64,000 nucleotides of DNA from the NCBI RefSeq assembly GCF_004010195.1, contig NC_057713.1, positions 27,163,933 through 27,227,932 of the forward strand. Reading direction: 5' to 3'. Below, one piece after another: positions 23,560 to 38,166 of the stretch. The notes beneath the pieces were generated by a model. It was not told the origin of the DNA. It saw only the letters and a program-made list of their open reading frames with translations, and did not search any database. Source of the DNA: Chiloscyllium plagiosum. Lineage: Eukaryota. The translations under genes were made by a program, and so were the position numbers. Each line of letters begins with the position of its first letter. The first letter of the stretch is position 1.

Positions 23560-25250
23560 TTAAAAAAAACTCTGCACATCTCTTTCTCCTTCCAAAGTAC
23601 ATTATCTCAAGTTTTTCCACATTATATTCCATCACCCTGTTCTTGCCCATTCACTAAGCCCATCCCAATCCTCCTGAAACCATTTTACCTCTTCTGCACA
23701 ACATTCTCACTTGATTTTGTACCATTTGCAAATTGGAAATATTAAATTTTGTCCACATATATGTTATACGGTGAACAGATTGAACCCAATTACTGATCCT
23801 TCTGGCACCCAATTAGTCACAAGCTATCGACAAGAGAATGACTTTTTATTCCTACCCTGTTTCCTGTCTGTTGTCCAATCATTAATCCATGCCAGTGGAT
23901 TATCTCCTATCCCACGTGCCTTAATTGTTCTAATTAGTCTTTTGTGGGGATTTTATTAAAAGAGTGTGAAAATCTATGTATGCTACATTCATTGGCTCTC
24001 CTTTATCAATTTTGTTAGTAACATCTTCAAACAGCTCCAACTAGTTGTAAAGCTATCCCATCTTTTATGACAGATTTTAGCATTTCCCTACTTCTAAAGT
24101 AAGGCTAATAGGTCAGGTCTGTTGTTCACTGTTTTCTCTCTCACTCCCTTTATAAATAATGGGATGACATTTGCTATTTTCAATCCACAGCAATCATTCC
24201 AACGTCTACAGAATGTTGGAAGATAATCATCAATATATCAACTATGTCTATCGCTAGCTCCTACAACACTCTGGGATAAAGACCATCAGCTCCCACAGAT
24301 TCATCAGTTTCTCCAGTACATCCTTCTTACCAGCACAAATTTCCTTCAGTTCCTCAATCTCTTTTCTCACATGCATCTCCATTTTCTTGTAGCTTCCTCA
24401 TGAAAACAGACGCATAGTAATCATTTAACTTGTGTGCCATTTCTCTGTTTCACATTCTAGATTGTCTTGACTTCACCAGTAATTGACCCATATTTGTTTG
24501 AGCCAGACATTTCCTTTTTATGTACCGCACTTTTACAACTCTTACAGTCCGTTATTATGTTTTATTTTCCCTCGATTCATATCCCATTCATCCTTCCCTT
24601 ATCAGTTTTTCGATCCTCCTTTGTTATATACTGTGAACCTCTCAATCCTCAGAATTACTGTTATATCTGGCAACTTGTTGAGGTTTGTACCTTGAAGGAA
24701 TGTGTAGTCACTGTGAGTCATGTAATAATTCTTTAAAGATTATCCATTGTCCATGTACAAGCATGCATTTTAATGTATTTTCCCAATCCACTGCAGCCAA
24801 TCTGTGCCTCTCATCTTCATCTTTTTCCTTTATACAAAGTTAACTCTCTTGCTTTATAATAAACTACCTCACTTCCAAACAGAATGTAAGTTCCTGTCAT
24901 ATTGTGGTCACTCATCCCAAAATCCTTTCAAGTCTATCTCACTATTTATTATGATCATGGCTGATCATCCAACTCAGTTCCCTGCAACCACAGGACTGTT
25001 AGTTTAATCCCTTTAATACTAAGAGCTATGTTTACATTTTTATTGAAATATTTCACTGTTTTGGCCACAACAGTATCCCTACAACATTTCTGGGTGATTT
25101 TTTTTCAACTATGTCCTAATAGGCTTACTCCTTATAGTTAGGCTGTGACCCCTGATTCTGAACTGCCCAGTCATTAGGAAAATTCTTCCTGGATCTATTC
25201 TACATAATCTTGTTAGAATTTTATAAGTTTCTGTGAGATCCCTGGCCATT
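23560..25250 (-). mobile_element. Old fragmented CR1 ORF2 and 3' end
   Basis: Degenerate similarity to the CR1 RT region, e.g. VTNWVPEGSVIG on the minus strand at ~23790-23820. Confidence 0.6.
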
Positions 25251-26426
25251 TCTGATTTTCTCTGCTTTCCAGATCAACTCAGACTAGCCAAGCTTCCCAA
25301 ACTTCAGGAGGCAAGGAAAAATTCTGGAATGGTGACTTGAGAGTTTGGATTCACCAAAGGTGAGAAGTCAGGAGAATAAGAGAGAAATGACAGAGAGCGA
25401 TAGAGAGAAAGAGAGAGGAATGAGAATGAGAGCTGTGGGAAGAAAGCATTGACAATATCTCAATGAAAACATTTTCATGTCACGTGTGCCCAGTCAAGAT
25501 CAAAGAGGGAGAGGCAGAGGGCTTGTGTGAGAAGATAAAAAAACTATAGGGAGACAGATTTAACTATGATTTGGTTACAGGAGTTCTTTAATCACTGTGA
25601 CCAACTGTGCGAAGTTGAATTGAAGGTGTCACTGAGTGGGGAGTCTTCCCTTTGAGAGAAGATATCAATACCCCATACCCAGGTTTCCATCAAGGTTATG
25701 CAATCTTCCAGAGGAAGGTCATGGCTGGTGAGGGCCAAATGTGCATTCCAGAAGGAGAAACACAGAAGCATGATAAAAGCAGATTGGCGTAGGTGGTTCC
25801 ACGTGACCTGTACCAATCTGGGTGAATTGGACAGGGAGGAGATTGGCAAGAATGGACCCCAGCCTGTGATTGTGATGCACTCTGTGTTTCAGCTTATACA
25901 CAAAGAATGGTAATTTGAGTAAACCAGTGGCAGCCAAGCAACATTTGTGACTTTATTTCTGCAAAATATACCTTGGCTAATGGATTAAGGAAAATGAGAT
26001 AGAGCAGAAAAGAGCTTGAACTGATTTTCAGACTCCTATCTGACTGACAGATGTCCATTGTTCTGTATGAGAGAACAAATTATCTTTTGAGTTATCAAAT
26101 GGGGCCTGTCACTAAGTGTCGAGGCAGAGGTTATTTTCTTCTTACTCGATGAGAAGATTGATGAGGTGCCGAAAAGCTTGTGAGAGAAGAAACTGTCTTT
26201 CAATTGCCAGTGAAATAAAAGGTTTTATACTTGCTGAAACCTTAATTAAAGATAACCGGTCTTATCTTTTTTGTATTCAACCGAGCCCAACCGAGAGCTT
26301 TTCTTGATGTAAAATGGTGTTATTTGAAGAATAAGAAGCATATTTCTAATGAAGACACTGCATTTAACACTTCAGGAAAAGAACACTTAAGAACAGTTAG
26401 CTCCACAGAATATTTCTTTAAAGTTG

Positions 26427-28680
26427 TAAGGAGAGACCTCTCCCAATCCAACCTGTCTCCCTCTGAACTAACTGCACTCCAAGTGCTTAGATCCAACCTT
26501 GACTTTGTTATCAAGCCTCCCAGTAAGGGTGGTGCTGTTGCAGTCTGGCGGACCGATCTCTACATTGCACAGGCTGAGCGCCATCTCTCAGGTACCTCCT
26601 CCTACCTCCCCCGGGCCATCACCCTACCATGGCACATCAGGCTGTTGTATCAGCTACAGTCATTGACCTCATTTCATCTGGTGATCTCCTCCCTACTGCC
26701 TCCAAGCTGATAGTCCTCCAGCCCTACATAGCTCGCTTCTAACTCCTCCCGAAAATCCACAAACAGGACTGCATAGGGAGACTCATTATTTCAGCCTGCT
26801 CCTGCTGCACAGATCTCAACTCTTCCTACATTGACTCAATCTTTTCTCCCCTGGTTCAGTCCCCGCCTACTTACATCCACGATTTCTCTGACACTTAATG
26901 CCAGTTTTAGAATTTCCAGTTTGCAGGCTCCAGCTGCCTCCTCTTTACTGTGTTTGTACAATCCCTGTACATGTCCATCCCCCAATAGGGTCTCTCTGCT
27001 TCTTCCTGGGCCAAAGGCATGAACCACCCCTACACACAACCACCCTCCTCCACTTGGCCGAGTTAATCCTCACCCTGAACAATTTCTCTTTTAACTCCTC
27101 TCACTTTCTCCAGTTCAGAGAGATGCCATAGGTATGTGCATGGATAGTTATGGTCTGTCTCTTTATCGGATACATAAAACATTCCTTGTTCCAGTCCTAT
27201 TCTGGCCCCTCCTCACAACTCTTTCTCCAATATATCAGTGATATAATCGGTGCTGCTTCCCTGTCTTATCCAAAATTGGAAAAGTTCAATGATTTTGCTT
27301 CCAATTTCCAACCCTCCCTCACTTTTACCTGGCCCATCTCTGACTCCTCCTTGCCATTCCTTGACATCTCTGATTCCATTTCTGGGGATAAACTAGCTAC
27401 CAATATCCACTATAAACTGACTGACTCCCTCAGTTAACTGGACTATACATCCACGCACCCTGTTTCCTATAAAGACGCCATTCCATTTTCCTAGTTCCTC
27501 TGTCTCCATCACATCTGTTCTGATGAGGCCAACTTCAACAAAAGAACCTTAGAAAAGTCCACCTTATTCCTCAACGGAGGACCCCCCAACACCATTATCG
27601 ACTGGACCCTCAGGTGGGTCTGAGCCATCTGCCGCACCACAGCCCTCAACCCCTCTCTTCCCCTTCACAACAGCAATATTGTTCCACTTGTTCTCACTTA
27701 CCATCCCACCAGCAGCCACATCCAGAAGATCATCAGCCACCATTTCCGCCACATCCAGTGAGATACAACCACCAGACACATGTCCCCCTCCTGTCCCTTG
27801 TCTGCCTTCCATAGGAGCACGCTTCCACTGGGGCACCCTCGTCCACTCTTCCTTCAGTACTCCCCCCTGGCACCTTGCCCTGCAACCATTGAAAGTGTAA
27901 CACCTGCCCACTTACCTCCTCCCTCCTCAGTATCCAAGGGCTCAAACATACCTTCCAGATGGAGCAGCATTTTACCTGCACTTCTCACAATTTAGTTTAT
28001 TGCATTCGCTGCTTACAATATAGTCTCCTCTACATTAAGGAAAACAAAGTGTAGATGGAGTGATTGCTTCACAGAATATCTATGTTCTGTTACAAAAAAG
28101 ACCCTGAGCTTTCAGTTGTCTATGACTTTAATACACCACCCTGTTCCCTGACAAACATCTCTGTCTCAAGCTTGCTGCAGTGCTCCAGTGTAACTCAGCG
28201 CAAGCTGGAAGAACACCACCTCATTTTCCACATGGGAACCCTAAAGACCTCTGGACTCAATATCAAGTTCAATACTTTTAGGGTCTGACCTCCTCCATGC
28301 CCTAGCCCTCTACCCCACACACCAGGCCTTGTTACCACATGGTCTGCCGTTACACATTGCTTATTGTTAGCCACTAATAGTCTCCATTAAGAGCTATTCA
28401 CTCTCCTTGTTGGATCGTTAAAACTCCTTTGTCTGTCCAACTGTTCTTCTCTCTCTTTGGCTCTGTCCCCACGTATTGTTTATTCCTTGCCCCTCCCCCA
28501 CCCTATTTTCTGCATATGAACCAATATTTTATTGTCTACCATCAGTTCTGAGGAAGGGTCACCAGACTCAAAGCGTTAATTTTGATTTCTCTTCACAAAT
28601 GCTGCCAGACCTGCTGAGTTTTTCAAACAACTTATGTTTTTGTTTCTGATTTAAAGCATATGCAGTTCTTTCAGTTTTAA
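26427..28680 (+). mobile_element. Penelope-like element, decayed (RT, GIY-YIG endonuclease and terminal repeat with hammerhead remnant)
   Basis: NLSPSELTALQVLRSNLDFVIKPPSKGGAVAVW, LPKIHK, LNNFSFN, YISDI (YIDD position), LPFLDI, FTCTSHNLVYCIRC...LYI and GLNI. CTGAGGAAGGGTC-acca-GACTC at 28548. Confidence 0.92.
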
Positions 28681-29444
28681 CATTATTAATTTATTTCTTG
28701 TAGCCACCAATTGTGTAACAAGCTAATCCAATGATAAATGTGTAATGTACCTCAGGAGAAGTTTTCTGATTAATTGTTGGCCTAGCCAAATCTGTCCACT
28801 CAGCCATCATTTTGGTCTCCAGGTGTTAAGTGTCGGCTCCTTCCTCATAAGTCAGCATTGGAGACAGGGCGAATGGTAAGGCTCACAGGTTTGAAGCCTC
28901 ATGTTTGTTTACTGAGAAATTTGCCCAGTTCAATTCACAACTGTTAGGTCCGCACATCTCACCTCTTTGATCCTGCCATCTATAACTTCTCTAGGTCCCC
29001 TCAAACATCCCATTCTCTCCTTTGAAACCTCCATTCGTTCCCCCCCCACTTTGTGCTTCCTGCATATTCTATGATCTTCCCTGTCACCTCTTATCTCCCA
29101 AGCCCCTTCATGCCTCCATATTTGTCCCAGACAGTCCAGGATTCCTGCGCACCCATATCTCCGATGATGCCTCCACGTCTCACGATTCACTCGTGCCTGC
29201 TTCATGCCACATCACATTTCACCACTCCCCTCCAGGCTGCCCTACTTCCTTCAATATCTCTATCATCCCCATTCTCATGCTCCTGCCTGCAACTGCATTA
29301 ACAGACACACATTGTACAAATAGCCATTTATCTCATTTTCCAGATTCCCTCAGTGTGAATGCTTCATTGATATTCAAGACTGACTATTGGGCTCATCCCA
29401 GCAGGGATTTGTTTACGTTTACAAAGAGAAGTACTACCTCTGTG

Positions 29445-29585
29445 TGAATAAAAACTGAAAGAACTGCAGAGGCTGAAATTAGAAACAAAAATTGGAATTC
29501 CTCTAAAAGTTCGGATGGTCTGGCAAAACCTGTGGAGAGAAATCAGAATTAACATTTTGGGTCCATTGACCCTTCCTCAGAACTA
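29445..29585 (-). mobile_element. Penelope terminal-repeat fragment with a decayed hammerhead
   Basis: Reverse-complement homologue of 28545-28680. Confidence 0.8.
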
Positions 29586-30831
29586 CCTTTATGTAATTGG
29601 CACTCTTACAAGATTGTGCTAAGTTATTGTTCCTTTGATTTATTTTTTTCAATATCCATTTCATTATTTGGACAAGAGCGAGAGATGTGAAGTGACCTAT
29701 TGCTCTTTTTTCTGTTGATATTATGAAAGCTTATGTTTAATTGCCACTTTTGTTGGGTTTGTAAGAAGGGCAGTGTTTCTTCAAAGGATTTTTTCAACAA
29801 CTACTTATTATCTTGCCAGTTTCGGCAACATTTCAAAGATTTGTGCCACAATACGTGGCTCTTTGTGTTTTTGTGAAGCTCCTTTGGGAAGTTTTATTTA
29901 ATCATAACACAGGCGCTACATAAATACAAATTGTTTTTGTTGAATTGACTGATTGCTGCACAAGTGGTAAAAGCAGGCATTACTATGATTTAGATGGAGA
30001 AGGAGGATCGACCAAATGTTCGGCTTTAATTGAATTCTCCACATTACAGTGGTAGCTACACTTCAAGAAAACCACATAATTGGCTGTAAAGCGCTTGCAG
30101 ACATACTGAGATTATGAAACATTCTTCTAAATCAGCGACAGCTGCCTAATTTAAATGAATCAGCAAGGTCCACTTAGCTGAGTGCCAAATGGTTTGTGTG
30201 TTCAACCCTCTGAATGATGCATTGCATGAACACTGTGGGTCTCGGCACCTTGTACCTGGAATAATGGAGAAGCAGACTCCCAATAGAATGCAATGTACTT
30301 TTCTCTTTAATCATCCATGAGTTGTGAGCATCATTGGCTAAGACAACCTTTACCGCTCACATCACTAAATACCCTGGAAATAGTAATGAGTGATGAGCTA
30401 ACTTCTTGAGTCCCTCAGTCCCTCAGAGTGGACGTATGCAAATAATGCCAACATATCCATCAGTCAGGAAAGGAATGAATATGAAAGGTGGTGAATTGAG
30501 TGCCAATCAAGTGAGCTTCTTTGTTCTGGATGACGTTAAACTTTTTGAGTACTGGTGGAGTGCATCCAACCAAAATATTCCATCAAATTCTACTTTGTGC
30601 TTTGTAGATGGTGGACAGGCACTGAGAGTCAGGAAGTGAGTTATTCACCATAGAACCACCAGCCTGCCTCTTTTAACTGTTGCTGGTCCAGTTCAGCGTT
30701 TGGTTGACAGTAACACCCAGGATCTTAATTGTAGGAGATTCTAAATGGTAATATTATTGAATGTCAAGAAGCTATAGTTGGCTTCGTTCTTGTTTGACAT
30801 AGTCTTTGTCTGATCCTTCAGTAGCATGAAT

Positions 30832-30992
30832 CTGAGGACTACAGATGCTGGAGATCAGAGTCAAGAGTGTGGTGCTGGAAAAGCACACCCTGTTAGGCAG
30901 CATCCGAGGAGTAAGAGGATCAACATTTCAAGCATAAGCCCCTCATCAGGAACATCACTCCTGATGAAGAGCTTATGCTTGAAACGCCGATT
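30832..30992. mobile_element. Penelope-derived inverted insert with two hammerhead motifs, inside an old LINE
   Basis: TTTCAAGCATAAGCCCCTCATCAGG pairs with CCTGATGAAGAGCTTATGCTTGAAA. TGAAT is present on both flanks. Confidence 0.8.
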
Positions 30993-31181
30993 TTGAATGT
31001 TACTTGACCCTATCAGGTGAAGCTGAATATTGGCTTGCTGCAGATGTACATGATCTACTCCATAATCTGAGGAGTCATTGACAATATCCCCATTTCTGAC
31101 CTCATGATGGAGAAATCCTGCTGTGATATCCTGGGACTGAGAGGATTGACCTTTAACAATCACAACTTTCTTTGTATTTTT

Positions 31182-31459
31182 TTAGATTAGATTAGATTCT
31201 CTACAGTGTGGAGACAGGCTCTTTGGCCCAACAAGTCCACACCGACCCTCCGAAGAGTAACCCACTCCGACCCATTTCCCTCTGACTAATGCACTTAATA
31301 GTATGGGCAATTTAGCATGGCCAGTTCACCTGACCTGCACATCTTTAGACTGTGGGAGAAACCGGAACAAACTCCACACAGACAGTCACCCGAGGCTGGA
31401 ATCGAACCTGGGACCCTGGTGCTGTGAGGTAGCAGTGCCAACTACTGAGCCACCATGCC
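31182..31459 (-). mobile_element. HE1-like SINE
   Basis: (TTAGA)n tail, core, and A/B boxes. Confidence 0.88.
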
Positions 31460-34400
31460 ATCCAAGAGATGGCACCTAAAGAATGGTGACTCCTACACTG
31501 GTGGGTCTGACACAAGCTGCGGTGAGACAGTAGAGGTACACATGTCATTGGTGAGCCAGCTCAGCACTCAGCACTCATGGCTGAGGCATCAGAATGAAGA
31601 TCGCTCTCTTTCAGTTGTATCTTTCTATTCTTTTTATTCTTAAACTATTCAAAATGGCACCAGATTATGGATACAGTTGAAGATTTTCACTGTATTTTAC
31701 TATATTATTCACTGTGAAATGCAAGTGACAATAAATCAATCAATTGAATAAATCCTTCATTTCATCACTGAGCAGGATATTGATAGGCAAATGTCTCTTG
31801 ATAACAATGGTGATGGCCCCTTCCAACATTTAGCTGCTGATCAAAAGTAGACTTATAGGATGATCATGGCTGGATTCGATTTGTGCTACCTTTTGTGGAC
31901 AGGATATGCCTGAGCAATTTTCCATATTGCTGTGTCAATGTAATTGGTGTCTGGGATGGTCTGTCCTGACAACAGCCTCCTTGATCAGCTATATGTTAAA
32001 GAGCCATTGTCAATCTGTTCATTATAACCTTTTTAAAAATTCACAATTAGAATGAATGAGGCAGTAGATAATAGCAAGTGTGATATCATTTTTTACTTGC
32101 CACTCTTCATTATGTATTACAACAGTAATAGCTTTTAAGTGAAGATATATTATATTTTAATCATTCAACGTGTGGAGAATTGTGACAATGCTATCTGAAA
32201 ATTTCTCAGTTAAACAATGATTTTTAATTACGTATGAAGCCACTCCGAGGAACCGTGGCTTAAGTGTGTTGCTTTTGTACTATTTTACAATAATTAAACC
32301 ACCTGGAAATATTTATCAGAAAGCAACACTGAACTAATTAGGAAAGAGAAAAACTGGGAAAGTTCTTTTTTAAGGAAAGGATCTGCTAATTTGCTCAGAC
32401 CCATCTTCTACTATTGCTCAAAGACAAGCCCTGTCCTACAATCTTGGTTCACACATGAAGAATTATCAGTTAATTGAGCAGAGAGAGAGCTTCTGGTAAC
32501 TCTGTAGCTACATTCCAGCGTGAGACCAGTCCTTCTGGAGAAAATGGCCACTGGCATTGTATCAAAGCTCAGCAGTGACAGATTAACTGTTCCCCTTGAA
32601 AAAGTTAATACCTTCAGGAGATCAAAGCAGAAAACTGGGAGGAGATAACCAAGTGATAGTCATATTAACAATAATTATGTTGCACTACATTTAACATCTG
32701 CTACCATATCCTTTCCAGTTTAGCTACTGGAGCCATTGGCCCTTGGCTGCTGTTGAGATTTCATGCATGCATGCTCCTAAATATCACAATTTTGACAATA
32801 AATTGTGATGCCTCAATTAAAATCTTATATCACACATGTTACTATCTCCTATTGTATTCACAATGGAATATGAACATTTCAGAAATAAAGCAACATTTGG
32901 AAAATCAGCTTTACAATATCATAATTTTATTTTGACCCTTCATTCTCTTCAAGCGTGGCTTTTTACTGGGGACCTAAGACCAATAAATTTGCCTCTACTT
33001 GTCTCCAATTGTTGGAGGGATTAAAAAGACTGATAATTTTTTGAATTATCAGTGACAATATTTTCCTTGGCTTCATTCCTTACTTTCTCCAACATTCACA
33101 CACTTCAGCTAATCTAGAATTCCATCTCTTGCAAACTGACTTGTACCAACTAAACTTCACCCATCTCTTTTACCCAAGTGATCCTGGTGCATATTTTTTT
33201 CACATTTTCCACAGTCCATTGCAATCCTAGTCGACTGATGTTCTCCATAACATAATTCTTTGTCAGTGATCCCTTAACCCTGCCCGCAGGTGGAATTCTA
33301 GACCTTCATTTTTCCTTCAGTCACTATGGGCTGAATTAGGGTCAAGCCCCTTCCCCAATTTGGTTGCCTTGTGCTGCAGCCATTTAATGGATACCTTGAA
33401 TTGGTTTGAGAATGTTTTACCTTTGAGAACTGCCAAACCAATGGCCATCAGCTTTCTTGTCTCAGCAGCACCACCTGGTACTGTGGCCACAGCTGGAACT
33501 GCAAATAGTCCCCAAAAGAAGTCGAGCCTTGGATCTAAGACGGGGTAGGTTTAGTGTCTTGCTGGGTTCAGATTGGCAGATGCCTGGAAGGAGGGAAAGA
33601 CATAAATCGACAGGACAAGAGAAATGAGGAAACATTGAGGAAGAGCATTGGGAATTATGGGACGGTTTTGCCTGTGGGCACAGGCTACCAAAAGGAAGGC
33701 ACCTTACATGTCTAGCTACCAGTTCACTGTGTTTGACCTGGTGAGCTGAACACTTGGCACTCGCCTTCACTATCAATTCTTAATGGCAGTTAGAGGAGAT
33801 ACTGGAAGGGATGGGCAGGTCTGGGTAAGAAGAACAGTGCTAATGCCATAGCGCCCTGTTTTATGGCCTGTCATCCAGCCCCACACTGACTATAACATGC
33901 TCAACAATCTAAATCCTCTTCCAAAATCCTTCTCTTTACTTGCTGTCTCCAAGCCATAAAAAACCTGCTTAAAAACTCTTCCAAATTTTTTATGGTTCTT
34001 TCATTTTCTTTCCATTCACTGCTCAAAATATACTGTTTTTTTGAGTTCTTTTAAGTGTTATACAGACAAAATGTTATACAGACATCTTCTCATCACTATC
34101 AGCCACATTAAATCATCGCATTCAAATTTCACCATCTACCATAGTGGATTTAAACTCATGTCCCCAGAACTTTTTTCCAGGAGCTCTGAATTGTTGGTAC
34201 CATGATAGTGCCATCCTTCTGAGTTTGATCTTAACTCTTGGTAAGAATCCCTCTTTTACATGTCCTAAGCAAAGTCATTTTGGGAAGGTTACTTTCTGAC
34301 AGCAACTCTTCACAAGGAAATCCATTCAAAACCATTGTACTGTGATCTACTGTGGATTCTGTTCCCGACTGTAGTTTATATCTTCATCCAAACACACAGT

Positions 34401-35183
34401 ATCTGTTTAGTACAACACTATTATGTGTTATGAATAGTCCCTGGATGAACACCCATAATTTATGATGATCATGGTTGAGTAGAGATGAGCTGGCTCCACT
34501 TCTTTAATATTTTCTAATCAACCAGTTCAGAATGTTATGACACACCTTTGGGGCACCTGGGACTTGAACTTCGCCCTCCTGGTTCAAGGGTAAGGTTAGG
34601 GACATTTCCATTGTGCATCTTTATTCATTCCCTCCCTTAATTAGTCATAACAAGATTAGTTCAACAAAGAGTCTCTTTCCTTATGGATGCCTTTACCCAG
34701 CCCAAATGCACTTATGTTTTAAAAGGTGACAATTTAACCTTAACTTATGGAGAAACTGTGATTATTGACTACTACAGGGAGCGGTAACAGTAAGCATATA
34801 TATATTTATATTATATATTATACATCTATAAAAAATGAGATTTGAGTCCAAAAGATGAACATTAAAATGCAATTTGCAAGTCAGTCTTTGGCTTATCCAT
34901 GACAAATCGATTGTGAAATGGCACAGCTATTAAGGTAGTTGGTTTTGGTAGCACTAACATTGGCAGCACATTAGTCATTTGGAAATCTTGGTTTCGCAGT
35001 TAGCTCAAAGAAATTTGCTCAGTTTTCTTTAACAGTGGTGTTGCTGACTTGACGTATTTTCAGCAGAGGTACTTTATTTCTTTAACCACACATGCACAGG
35101 TGTCTAGATGTTTCAACGTCACAACACATTTTGGCAACAGTGGAACTTGAACCACAAACTTATACGCTGGCACACTATTCTCT

Positions 35184-35790
35184 AACAAAAACAGAAGTTG
35201 TTCAAAAAGCTCAGCAGGTCTGTCAGCATCTGTGCAGAGAAATCAAAGTTAACATTTCAAGTCAGGTGACCCTTCCTCAGAACTATTCTCTAACCTATTA
35301 GAAGGTAGGGACAATGGTTTCAGCAACTAGGAATTAGTGAGGACTGCAGATGCTAGAGAGTCAGAGTCAATAAAGTGTGGTGCTGGAAAAGCACAGCAGG
35401 TCAGGCAGCATCAGAGGAGCAGGAGAGCCGACCTTTCAGGCAGGATCTTTCATTGTATCTGGGGAGGGGGAAGCGGGCTGAGAATTAAATACGGGGAGAA
35501 GTGGTGGGGCTGGGGGAAAGATAGGTGGGTTGGTGATAGGTGAATGGAGGTAGGAGGTAATTGTGATATTTTGGTGGGAAGTGTGGAGCAGTAGGTGGGA
35601 AGGAAGATGGAAAAGTAGACAAGTAGATCAGGTCAAGAGAGCAGTGCTGAGTCAGAGAGTTAGATCTGGGATGGGGTAGGGGGTGGAGAGGTCGGAAAAT
35701 GGTGAAGTCAATGTTGAGGCTGTGTGGTTCTAGGGCCTCAACATTTGGGTCCTGCCCTCAGATACTGCCTGACACGCTGTTCTTTTTCCC
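35184..35790 (-). mobile_element. Two Penelope terminal-repeat fragments (35184-35283 and 35336-35790)
   Basis: Similar to 28545-28650 and to 44150-44510 (GTGAGGACTGCAGATGCT...GGAAAAGCACAGCAGGTCAGGCAGCATC). Confidence 0.75.
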
Positions 35791-38046
35791 GTGTCATACT
35801 TTATCGACAATGGCTTCAGTATGTCTTTACCAGCTTTTTTATATAGTTCTGAATGATAAATCATAAATCTGTTCTTAACCCAGAATTGTCTTTCTTTTAA
35901 TTCATAGCATGTCCATAGACTGGAACACAACCCATGGAAGATCAGAGTTCAGTTGTTTTGAATAGCCTTTTGTTTTGAGGTGTTGCTGTCTGAAGTTCCC
36001 TTGACACTCCTCAGGGACAACTTTCCATGATCTCTCCCAACATAATCCGTGCAGGAATTTTAGAATCCTGCTGAATCTACATGCACAGCAATCCTTTGGC
36101 TTTCTTTAAAAGAAAATATGTTGTTCTTAAAAATCCATAAGTAAATTTCGGATTGTGATTCATTTCATAATAGAAACTAAGCCATGTTTTACAGTGAGAA
36201 ATGTTCACTTATATTGATAATTCATAGGAACAGTAATTCCGTTCTGCATTGGCTTTACATTCTTTTTGCCTTCATGAAGGATTAATCAATGGTTGAAAAA
36301 TATTCAAATTTTTATTCTCTTCCCAACAGGCTGGTCTTTACAGTGTATAGGGTCATTAATTCTCACCACCTCGCTCACACCATTCCTCCAGGATTATGTT
36401 AGATTGTCATAGCAAGGATTGCAGCTTTGTTGGCATTGTGCTCTTGATTGACTGCTTGATATTACTTCATTGCAGTGAATTTTCAACTTTATTTTTTTTA
36501 GTCTATTACAGCAAGGCTTTGATAGATCTACCCAATTCCCCCTTGAGTGTCCAGTGCTGCATTGTTCTCTTTACATTTTGTCAGCTTTTCATTTTTTTTA
36601 TGAGTACATGAAAATCTATTCCCTCTGCATAAAGAATTTTATTTGTAGTGAGGCCTGAAGGCTCTTTCTAAAAAAAAAGTCATTGGTTATTATAGTTCTG
36701 TGATATTGATACTTTGCACATTCTTTATTTGTGAGTTGAAACTGACCTAATCCTCACTTAGAATTAGCAATCGTATACTCTTCAAAAGGGGTCACTGGAT
36801 ATTTAACCATTATTAAAAACCCTGGATAGTGTTATCCTGTTCTTACCTCAAAGACATTGGGATCACCAGCAGCACCCTTTTCACTGTGACTGCTGAGATC
36901 AGTAACTGAAAACCGACTAAAGACCTGGGCTATTAACTCTACAGCTCTCAAGTTCGTACAAAACCAAAAGCAGTGAGTCTATTCTAAAGTACAATCGATA
37001 TCAGCACGTGAAGCTAATACAATAAAAAGATGAACTTCAAAGCCACAGGTACCCTTCACTTTCACGCATGTTTTCGACATTTCTCATAAGCAGTAGGTGT
37101 TCCTCTCAGAGATGGAAGCATTGTGTATAAATATGATACCAACTTTATATGCTGCAAATTGTATTGGCCTGTTCTAGCTCCAACCACTATTCTGAGAGGG
37201 TTTGATTTTCATGCCAGCTAGTTACCATTATTGTCACCTTACCAGGCAGCAAATCCCCAGTGATCAGAGTGGTGGACCTTCCAGTGGTAATCCATGGGCA
37301 CAGCAATTGCTGCTGAGGATTCTGTTCATGAGCCATGCAGCCTTGTAATGGGAAGGCCGTTAATGAAAGCCTCCCTCAACATTTCCACATCTCCCTCACA
37401 CCACCCTAACCTCCAGCGTAGGGGACTCACTGGGAGGCGGCCATGATCTAACTGGTGATATCATCATGTTGCAGGTGGAGTGATTGGAAGAAAGTCAGCC
37501 AGATGGCTCTCATAGAATATGAGATCCCTGACTGGGGCTGTTATTCTGGTCCAATCGAGGTGTCCTGGCTGACAGACATAGAAGTTCGGTTCACTCCAGG
37601 ATCTGGCTCTGAGGAAGCTGAATCAGTGTCAAGGACTGTCCACGTGTAGATAAAGGGAGACTTGGTGATGAGATACCAGCCTCTGTGGAGTTATTTCAGT
37701 AGCGACAAGATAAAAGTGTGAGTTGGGATAAGTATTTCTGCCATCATAGTATTATTTGGGAAGCTTGACTCATTCAATCCTGTCTTTGGTGACTGGGCCC
37801 AGTATGTGGAAGGAATGTGTTATTCTTTCAAGGCAAATGACGTTGGGGCCGATGAAAAGCAATAAGTACTTCTCCTGATAGCTTGTGGACCCGGAGCTTT
37901 TTCGGTTCTTAGGAGCTGAACTTTCTCTGAGGCACCAGATACTAAAACCTTTCAAGAGTTGAAAGATTTAGTTAAGAAATATTATGTCCAAAGCCTCCTA
38001 AAATTCTGAGATGCTATCAATTTTACTTTGCAATTCAATAACTAGG

Positions 38047-38166
38047 AGAAAGTGAGGACTGCAGATGCTGGAGATCAGAGCTGAAGAAGGGCTTATGCCC
38101 AAAACGTCGATTCTCCTGTTCCTTGGATGCTGCCCGACCTGCTGCGCTTTTCCAGCAACACATTTT
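38047..38166. mobile_element. 120-bp Penelope-derived insert with a hammerhead remnant in Gypsy gag
   Basis: Perfect 16-bp target duplication CAATTCAATAACTAGG (38031-38046 and 38167-38182). Motif CTGAAGA-A-GGGC-ttat-GCCC-AAAA-CGTC, with core GAAA mutated. Confidence 0.9.

Noticed and set aside
25580-25730. Small exon candidates on either strand (EFFNHCDQLCEVELK; HDLPLEDCITLMETW)
   Set aside because: Too short, with no recognisable protein and no supported neighbouring exons.
29022-29447. 141-aa ORF
   Set aside because: Low-complexity pyrimidine-rich sequence without coding hallmarks.
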